From positions 66,320-130,319 of the forward strand of contig CAZFRA010000002.1 in assembly GCA_964521165.1 (NCBI GenBank): 64,000 nt of DNA, in the 5' to 3' direction. Numbering within the stretch: the first letter of the stretch is position 1; every line of letters begins with the position of its first letter. The notes under the pieces are model-generated. The model had not been told where the DNA came from. It searched no databases and saw only the letters and a program-made list of their open reading frames with translations. Positions 55,400 through 62,172 of this stretch are shown piece after piece. The DNA comes from an uncultured Lachnospiraceae bacterium (GTDB lineage Bacteria; Bacillota; Clostridia; Christensenellales; UBA1242). The position numbers and the translations under genes are program-made.

Positions 55400-56209
55400 A
55401 TGAAAAATAAAGATATTATACCAATTTTAATGTTTGGTGATGATAAAAACGAGATTACTTCCGCAACGCGATTTGCAGAACAATTTCCAGACAATTTTAA
55501 AAATGTTGAAAGAATAAAAAGATTAAACATACGTAGGTGTTATATCATCTTTTATGACAATCCAAAAAAGTCTAAATTTTTAAAAAGATTGGAAATGGTT
55601 TATGTTTTTCACGGAGGAAGTTGCTCAACAGGTGTGTTTTTATATAAAAATTGTCTTGTTGCAATAGCACAACTTGGTGGTCCAGCAGCGGTTGGGCTTA
55701 TGGAAGAGTTGTCGGTGTTTGGTATTGATGAATTTATTGCAGTGGGTTCTGCAGGGTGTTTAGACGACAAAATAAAAAACAAGTTTGTGCTTGTCAGTAA
55801 AGCAATACGCGATGAAGGTGCAAGTTATCATTATTTAAAACCTTCAACTTTTGTTTCAACTTCTTCAACTCTCAACAAAGAACTTGAAACATATTTGAAA
55901 GAGAACGAATTGGAATATGTGAAAGGCATAACACGAACTTCGGATGGTTTTTATCGAAGCACACTGAAAAAAACAGAGTTAAGCAAAAATTTAGGTGCGG
56001 TATGTGTGGAAATGGAATGTGCATCGTGGGCCAGTTGTGCAAAATTTAAGAAATTTAAGTTTAGTCAAATTTTATATTTTAGCGATATTGTTATAGATAA
56101 TAAGCAACAGTGGCAAAGAATAACAAAAACGCATAAAGAATCTTTTGATAAAAAAGAAATCATTGCTCAAATTGTTAAAAAAATGATTGACGATTACGCA
56201 AAAAAATAA
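55400..56209 (+). CDS. Nucleoside phosphorylase (PNP/UDP family, uridine-phosphorylase-like)
   Basis: Contains IAVGSAGCLD, RDEGASYHY and CVEMECASWA. Confidence 0.75.
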   Translation: MKNKDIIPILMFGDDKNEITSATRFAEQFPDNFKNVERIKRLNIRRCYIIFYDNPKKSKFLKRLEMVYVFHGGSCSTGVFLYKNCLVAIAQLGGPAAVGLMEELSVFGIDEFIAVGSAGCLDDKIKNKFVLVSKAIRDEGASYHYLKPSTFVSTSSTLNKELETYLKENELEYVKGITRTSDGFYRSTLKKTELSKNLGAVCVEMECASWASCAKFKKFKFSQILYFSDIVIDNKQQWQRITKTHKESFDKKEIIAQIVKKMIDDYAKK

Positions 56210-56261
56210 CATCAATAACGATGTTATTTTTGTTTTTAGGTTTGATTTGGAGTGTTTTTGT

Positions 56262-57281
56262 CTATGCAACAAGAAGATTTTCTGCATAAGAATTATCAAC
56301 AATGTCGCTGAACAAAGATTTTTCTGTGATAACGCCGGCATTTATCATAACATCCATAAGCGTATCAAAACTTGAACTGTCCATAATCAAATCATTACTC
56401 CACGCGTTTATAGCGATATATTGTTCAACTGCAATTTTAAGCTCTTCGACTGTGTTGCCGTCAAAAGATGGTAAGAGTGCTTTTGCCACTGTTTCAGAGT
56501 CGTTTGAAACAATAAATTCATAAGCCTTCTTGATTGCTGATAAAAATTTTTCAATCACATCACTGTGTTCACTGATATAGTTTTCGCGTGCAATGAAACA
56601 GGTGTATGGAATTGAACCAGAAAGTTCACCTAAACTTGCCACGATTGCTGAACCTGAAACTGCTTCAACAATGTTGGAAGCGGTAGGTTCAAAAAGAGTG
56701 CAATATTTTACGCTTGAATCGTTTTGCCATACGGAAGCAGTAAGGTCAAAAGCAACATCTGTTCGCAAATTTATCTGATTTGCTCCTTCACCAATTTCGT
56801 AGCCATTTGATTCAATGATATATTGCAAAGTCATTGCAGGAAGTCCACCTGCACGACCGCCAATGATTGTTTCTCCGACTAAGTCATCCAAAGAAAAATT
56901 TTCCACATTTTCCTTTGAAACAATGAAAGAACCGTCGCATTGCGTGAGTTGACCGAACACAACCGGGGCATTGCTAACACCTTCTTGGCTGGTGTATACT
57001 GCCGTTTCAGGACCTGCCAAAATGATATCCGCCGAACCTGTTAAAAGTGCACTCATTGATGTGTCTGAGCCGCCGCCGTTTGTGAGATTAACCGTCAAAC
57101 CTTCTTCTTCAAAATATCCGTTGTTTATGGCAACATAGAGCGGAGCGTAGAAAATGCTATGAGTGACCTCGTTGAGTTCAATAACATTATAATCTTTTTT
57201 GCCACAACCGACGAGCAAACCTGTGGAGAGCGCGAGAGTTAAGACAAGAGCAAATATCGTTAGTTTTTTTAAGATTTTCAT
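56262..57281 (-). CDS. ABC-transporter substrate-binding lipoprotein (NMT1/THI5-SsuA-like), with no cognate permease or ATPase adjacent
   Basis: The lipobox is LALSTGLLVGC. The family N-terminus is HSIFYAPLYVAINNGYFEEEGL. GGAGGA SD is present. Confidence 0.8.
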   Translation of the reverse strand: MKILKKLTIFALVLTLALSTGLLVGCGKKDYNVIELNEVTHSIFYAPLYVAINNGYFEEEGLTVNLTNGGGSDTSMSALLTGSADIILAGPETAVYTSQEGVSNAPVVFGQLTQCDGSFIVSKENVENFSLDDLVGETIIGGRAGGLPAMTLQYIIESNGYEIGEGANQINLRTDVAFDLTASVWQNDSSVKYCTLFEPTASNIVEAVSGSAIVASLGELSGSIPYTCFIARENYISEHSDVIEKFLSAIKKAYEFIVSNDSETVAKALLPSFDGNTVEELKIAVEQYIAINAWSNDLIMDSSSFDTLMDVMINAGVITEKSLFSDIVDNSYAENLLVA

Positions 57282-57408
57282 TTTTCCTCCTTACAAATTA
57301 TTTTATGAATTGACAAAGAATTATGTTTTTAAAAAATGCCCATTTTCCTTGATTTTTTGCGTGCATTATTATATAATTTACTTAATTTTAACCAAAAGTG
57401 AGGCAAAA

Positions 57409-59826
57409 ATGTTAGACAAAAAATATAACGCACAAGAAAAAGAAGAGAAATGGCGTAAATATTGGCAAGATAATGAGATATATAAATTTGTGCCAGACGG
57501 CAGAAAAGTTTACTCAATTGACACTCCGCCACCAACAGTCAACGGAAATATTCACATTGGCCATATTTTTTCTTATTCGCAAGCAGAAATGTTGGCAAGA
57601 TATAAGCGTTTGCGCGGTTTTAACGTTTTTTATCCATTTGGATTTGACGACAATGGTTTGCCAAGCGAAAGATTGGTAGAAAAAGAACAAGGCAAAAAGG
57701 CAAGTGAGATTGGAAGAGAAGAATTTTCTAAACTGTGCTATGCCACAACTGATAAATATGAAGCAGATTTTAAAGAACTTTTCAGCAAGGTTGGCGTAAG
57801 TACCGACTGGAATCTGCAATACAAAACGGTCAGTCCTTCAACAATAAAAATCAGTCAAACATCTTTTCTTGACTTGGTCAAAAAAGGGCATTGCTATCAT
57901 AAAGAAGCACCAGCGCTTTGGTGCAATGAATGTTTAACTTCAATTGCGCAAGCAGAACTTGAAACAAAAACCATTAAAACAACATTTAACTATGTCAATT
58001 TTGAAACTGTGGAAGATGGCGAAAAATTCACAATCGCAACGACACGTCCAGAACTTTTGCCGGCGATTGTTTGTGTATTTGTCAATCCAGAAGATGAAAA
58101 ACATAAGCACTTAATTGGCAAAACCGCTCACATTCCAATCATTGATGTCAATGTTCCAATAATGGCGGACGAAAAAGTTGCCATAGACAAAGGAACAGGT
58201 GTTGTTATGTGCTGCACTTTCGGTGACCAAACTGATATTGAGTGGTGGAAAAAATATAATCTTCCACTCAAAAGCATTTTCACGAAAGACGGCAGAATTG
58301 TAAATAGCGTAAAGACTTATGGCGGAATGAAGATAAAAGAAGCAAGAAAACAAATTGTGGAAGACCTAAAAAACGGTGGCTACATCGTTAAAATTGAAGA
58401 ACTTGAACACGAAGTTCAAACACACGAAAGATGCGGAAAAGAAGTTGAATATGCCGTTATGAACCAATGGTTTATCGACATAATGAACCATAAAGATGAC
58501 TTCTTGCGAATTGGTAACGAAATTAAGTGGCATCCTGAACATATGCACGCACGATATAATGACTGGGTGAAAAATGTGGCGTGGGATTGGTGCATCTCTC
58601 GTCAAAGGTATTTTGGTGTGCCATTTCCGGTTTGGTATTGTCGTGACTGTAACGAACCGGCCTTTGCTGATGTGGAAGATTTACCGGTTAATCCACTATC
58701 ATCCAATCCAAAAATTTCAAAGTGTCCAAAATGTGGATGCACAGAATTTAGACCTGAAACCGATGTTATGGACACTTGGGCGACTTCTTCAGTCACTCCG
58801 CTTATCAATATGCGATACGGCGAGAAAAATAACTATGAAAAAATCCTAAAGCCGATGAGTTTGCGTCCAAATGCTTCGGAAATTATTAGAACTTGGGATT
58901 TTTATACGATTGTTAAAAGTTTTTACCATTTTGGCATACGACCTTGGGACAATGTTATGATTTCTGGGTATGTTATGACGTCCAAAGGTGAGAAGATAAG
59001 TAAAAGCAAGGGAAATAGCGAAGTTGAACCGATTGATTTAATAAAACAATATTCTGCCGATATAATTCGCTATTGGGCAGGTTCGGGCAGACTTGGAACA
59101 GACATTGTTTTCAGTGAAGAAACACTTGACCGCGGAAGAAAACTTATCAACAAAATTTGGAATGTTTCAAAGTTTATTGAAATGCATTTGCAAGATTTTA
59201 AAGATAAAGATTTTAGCGAATATGAATATGTTGATAAATGGATTTTAGGTAAATTTCAAGAAATGGAAGCGGGATTTGTTAAATATCTCGACGAATATGA
59301 AGTTGGGCTTGCACTTAATCATTTAGAAAAATTCTTTTGGAATTTCTGCGATAACTATGTTGAAATTGTTAAACATCGTTTATATCGACCAGAAGAGTTT
59401 GGCGAAAAGGCGAGATATTCAGGTCAAAAAACAGTGTATATGATTCTTTTTAAACTTCTTCAAGATTTTTCTGTTTTCTTTCCTTTCATTACTGAAGAGA
59501 TTTATCAAGAGATTTATCATAAAGAAAAGTCCATTCATTTGACAACAATTCAAGAGTTTGAATATTCTTATAAAAATGAAATCAAAAATGGCGACTTAAT
59601 GGTGGAAATCATAAGTTCTGCAAGAGGTGAAAAAACAATCAACAATGTTTCTCTTAAAACTCCAATAAAGAATTTGGATTTGGCGGTTAGCGATGAACTT
59701 AAAAAATCCATTGAAATGTCGATAAAAGATTTTAAGGCGACACTTTTCATTGAAAACCTTAATTTTATTGATAAAACTGAAAACTATGAAATTAAGAAGA
59801 TTGAACTTGATTTTGAAAACGCCTAA
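57409..59826 (+). CDS. valS: Valine--tRNA ligase, short form lacking the long C-terminal coiled coil
   Basis: The HIGH region is PPPTVNGNIHIGH and the KMSKS region is KISKSKGN. WCISRQRYFGVPFPVWYC is present. Start placed at MLDKKYN (57409) after GTGAGG. The track's 57199 start overlaps the divergent SBP gene. Confidence 0.9.
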   Translation: MLDKKYNAQEKEEKWRKYWQDNEIYKFVPDGRKVYSIDTPPPTVNGNIHIGHIFSYSQAEMLARYKRLRGFNVFYPFGFDDNGLPSERLVEKEQGKKASEIGREEFSKLCYATTDKYEADFKELFSKVGVSTDWNLQYKTVSPSTIKISQTSFLDLVKKGHCYHKEAPALWCNECLTSIAQAELETKTIKTTFNYVNFETVEDGEKFTIATTRPELLPAIVCVFVNPEDEKHKHLIGKTAHIPIIDVNVPIMADEKVAIDKGTGVVMCCTFGDQTDIEWWKKYNLPLKSIFTKDGRIVNSVKTYGGMKIKEARKQIVEDLKNGGYIVKIEELEHEVQTHERCGKEVEYAVMNQWFIDIMNHKDDFLRIGNEIKWHPEHMHARYNDWVKNVAWDWCISRQRYFGVPFPVWYCRDCNEPAFADVEDLPVNPLSSNPKISKCPKCGCTEFRPETDVMDTWATSSVTPLINMRYGEKNNYEKILKPMSLRPNASEIIRTWDFYTIVKSFYHFGIRPWDNVMISGYVMTSKGEKISKSKGNSEVEPIDLIKQYSADIIRYWAGSGRLGTDIVFSEETLDRGRKLINKIWNVSKFIEMHLQDFKDKDFSEYEYVDKWILGKFQEMEAGFVKYLDEYEVGLALNHLEKFFWNFCDNYVEIVKHRLYRPEEFGEKARYSGQKTVYMILFKLLQDFSVFFPFITEEIYQEIYHKEKSIHLTTIQEFEYSYKNEIKNGDLMVEIISSARGEKTINNVSLKTPIKNLDLAVSDELKKSIEMSIKDFKATLFIENLNFIDKTENYEIKKIELDFENA

Positions 59827-59983
59827 CCCTAATTGATATATCATAAATTAGCGAAAATTTAATATTCCCAAAAAGTTTTAAGTATTAAAGTCGTAAAAAC
59901 ACAGAGATTTCGTTACTTAATATCTTAATATTTGTAATATTTTTCTTACAATATTTTCGGTTGTTGAGATTTTAATTATAAAG

Positions 59984-60016
59984 CGGTAGTCAAAAACAAC
60001 GACTACTGTTTTTTTA
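59984..60016 (+). terminator. Intrinsic terminator downstream of valS
   Basis: CGGTAGTC-aaaaacaac-GACTACTG forms an 8-bp stem with one G-U, followed by TTTTTTT. Confidence 0.7.
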
Positions 60017-60114
60017 ATATTACTTCTATGTTTAGAGTGTTAGCAAAACTGTTATACTATTTTAATAAGAAAAAATATGTGATAATTTTGCATATTTTTA
60101 ACAAATTTTAAGAT

Positions 60115-60357
60115 TTATTCTATTTCAAGTTTATCTATATCGAAAAACGGGCTATCCAAAAACTCTATAAGCGTCATATCAAAACCTTGTGCGATAAGCA
60201 TAATTGTGGAAAGAGTAACGGTTTTATTTTTTTCTTTCATAATGCAACCGAGCCGACTATGAGAAATACCGCTATTTTCAGCTAAACGGTATTGAGTCAT
60301 ATGTTTTTCATTTAAAAGTTGGCTTATTCGCATTGCGACGGCTTTATTGACGTTCAT
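60115..60357 (-). CDS. XRE-family helix-turn-helix transcriptional regulator
   Basis: 80 aa. ISQLLNEKHMTQYRLAENSGISHSRLGCIMK is a classic Cro/C1 HTH. Confidence 0.85.
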   Translation of the reverse strand: MNVNKAVAMRISQLLNEKHMTQYRLAENSGISHSRLGCIMKEKNKTVTLSTIMLIAQGFDMTLIEFLDSPFFDIDKLEIE

Positions 60358-60399
60358 AAAACACTCTCATCAATTAAATATTATCAAATTATTAAAATA

Positions 60400-60427
60400 A
60401 AATTATGCAAGTATACTTGCATAATTT
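60400..60427. promoter_or_regulatory. 28-bp perfect palindrome, a putative operator of the XRE regulator, overlapping the -35 of the divergent promoter
   Basis: AAATTATGCAAGTA|TACTTGCATAATTT is exactly self-complementary. Its right arm contains the TTGCAT -35 hexamer at 60417-60422. Confidence 0.6.
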
Positions 60428-60445
60428 GTTTTTTTGTGTTATAAT
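60417..60445 (+). promoter_or_regulatory. Promoter TTGCAT-17-TGtTATAAT for the DUF4352 gene
   Basis: -35 at 60417-60422, TG at 60437-60438, and TATAAT at 60440-60445. AAGGAG SD and ATG 60466 lie downstream. Confidence 0.6.
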
Positions 60446-60465
60446 GTGTCAAAAAGGAGAGTATT

Positions 60466-60966
60466 ATGGAAGAAAAAAAGAAAAATATATTAAAGCCGCT
60501 TATGATTATAAGCATACTGACTCTTGTTCTTATAGTTGTTATAATTGCTATGATACCAGCACTTAAAATTGGAGAACAGGAAGAAAATCAATATTATATT
60601 GGAGATACAGTTACATCCAATGGTGTTTCAATTACTGTAACATCAGTTGAAAATGCGCAAAAATATGGTACTTTTACAACTACTTCATTTAATTTTATTA
60701 TAATTTATTTTGATGTTATGAATAATTCGTCTTCTACAATATCAATAAATCCTCTATATTGTGAATTAAGTATGGGAGATGTAGTATTTGATTGTAAAGG
60801 TTATGATTATGACATTTATGATATTGTTCCAGGCGGAACGGTTTCAGTTTCAATGGCTTATGAAACGGTCAAAAAATCCACAGAAGCGGATTATGTTATG
60901 AAGTTCGGATATGGATTGTTACATATGAAAGAAATAAAAATAAATTTAACCAATAAGAGTATGTAA
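60466..60966 (+). CDS. Membrane-anchored DUF4352-domain protein
   Basis: The N-terminal TM is LKPLMIISILTLVLIVVIIAMI. It is followed by IGDTVTSNGVSITVTSVE...IIIYFDVMNNSSSTISIN...VPGGTVSVSMAYE, which is the typical DUF4352 pattern. Confidence 0.7.
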   Translation: MEEKKKNILKPLMIISILTLVLIVVIIAMIPALKIGEQEENQYYIGDTVTSNGVSITVTSVENAQKYGTFTTTSFNFIIIYFDVMNNSSSTISINPLYCELSMGDVVFDCKGYDYDIYDIVPGGTVSVSMAYETVKKSTEADYVMKFGYGLLHMKEIKINLTNKSM

Positions 60967-61012
60967 AAATAAAATAATTGATGATATATTTTAAAAATAT
61001 GGAGAGGGAAAT

Positions 61013-61609
61013 ATGTTTTTGTTATTATTTTTTGTATTTATGGTATTAATTTTTGCGATTGCTTTTGTTATCGTTTATTATGTTAAACAAAATTATTTAG
61101 CCAATCAGAAAAGAGTTAATGAACTTGCTGACAAAAAACTTATTCAAGAAAATTTTAAGATGAACAGAAGGATAGTTATCGAAGATAATATCACAGCAAA
61201 TAGAACTGAAATTGAGATGAAAAAATTTATTGGAGTAGATGAAGAAAATGATAAAATAGCCTTAGTTGATTATAAATCTGCTGATGTTGTGATAGTAAAA
61301 TTTGAGAATATACTTAATTATGAACTTTATGAAAATAATACTCTTCAAACTTTAGGTGTTGGGATTGGGGGAATGTTAAGAGTAATGGATGCTACAACAG
61401 TGGGGAATTGCAGGGATTTACGATTAATTGTAAGAATAAAAAATTTAGAAAAATCTCAAGTTGCTTATGAACTTGTTGCAAAATCGTTTGGTCTTCCAAA
61501 AACAAGCAATGAATTTAGGATATGTATGCAATCAGTGCAGGAAGCTATTTCGTTTCTAGAAGTAATTATCGACAAAAATAAAACAATGGGAAAACGAGAA
61601 CATTCATAA
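61013..61609 (+). CDS. Membrane-anchored hypothetical protein
   Basis: 198 aa with GGAGAGGG SD. The N-terminal TM is FLLLFFVFMVLIFAIAFVIVYYV. The remainder is not recognisable. Confidence 0.6.
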   Translation: MFLLLFFVFMVLIFAIAFVIVYYVKQNYLANQKRVNELADKKLIQENFKMNRRIVIEDNITANRTEIEMKKFIGVDEENDKIALVDYKSADVVIVKFENILNYELYENNTLQTLGVGIGGMLRVMDATTVGNCRDLRLIVRIKNLEKSQVAYELVAKSFGLPKTSNEFRICMQSVQEAISFLEVIIDKNKTMGKREHS

Positions 61610-61743
61610 AGCAAATCATATGATTAACAATTTTCAAATTGCACTCAAACTCGCACAAGAAATTTTCAAATAAAATGATTTAATCAAATTAAAGATTTCA
61701 AAATTATTTGCAAATTACACAATTCAATCATCTGCAAAAAAAT

Positions 61744-61768
61744 GAACCTTGAAGAGAATTCAAGGTTC
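61744..61768. terminator. Bidirectional intrinsic terminator serving the + strand gene and the minus-strand tRNA-Leu
   Basis: GAACCTTGAA-gagaa-TTCAAGGTTC forms a perfect 10-bp stem. It is flanked by an A-run upstream and a T-run downstream. Confidence 0.8.
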
Positions 61769-61780
61769 GTTTTTCTCATG

Positions 61781-61862
61781 TGGTGCGAGCGGTGGGACTT
61801 GAACCCACACTCTTTCGAACATGCCCCTTAAACATGCGCGTCTGCCATTCCGCCACGCTCGC
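61781..61862 (-). tRNA. tRNA-Leu with anticodon AAG (A34), type II, CCA encoded
   Basis: The reverse complement folds as GCGAGCG-TG-GCG-GAATGGCAGA-CGC-G-CATGT-TTAAGGG-GCATG-TTCGAAAGAGT-GTGGG-TTCAAGT-CCCAC-CGCTCGC-A-CCA. The only register giving a 5-bp anticodon stem and a 7-nt loop puts AAG at positions 34-36. Aligning to a canonical Leu(CAG) tRNA places AAG in the same position. Confidence 0.88.
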
Positions 61863-62135
61863 ATTTCAACTATTATATTATAGTGAAATTATTTTTATTT
61901 GTCAAGAATTTTGAGCAAACTTTTTATCTTTTTACGATAATTATTGGCAAACAATTTAGAAGAATTTATGTTAAATAAATTAAAAAATATATTATTTCTT
62001 ATTAAAAATCGCAAAAAAACTTAAAAAAATTAATTTTTTAATAAAAAATGCATATTTTTTGTATTTTTCGCCATATTTTCACAATTAATTTCTCGAACTT
62101 TAGTTTTTAAATTTTTTTCAAAATTTGCAATTTAT

Positions 62136-62165
62136 TTGATTTTTTTTAATATATAGTGTTATACT
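62136..62165 (+). promoter_or_regulatory. Promoter TTGATT-18-TGtTATACT ending 7 nt before the S8 protease ATG
   Basis: -35 at 62136-62141, TG at 62157-62158, and -10 TATACT at 62160-62165. The ATG is at 62173 and there is no SD. Confidence 0.5.
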
Positions 62166-62172
62166 ACTAAAT

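Noticed and set aside
57282-57408. A possible T-box leader upstream of valS, or a TPP riboswitch upstream of the THI5-like SBP
   Set aside because: The shared intergenic region is only 127 nt, too short for a T-box. I see no specifier-loop/T-box motif and no CTGAGA-type TPP core.
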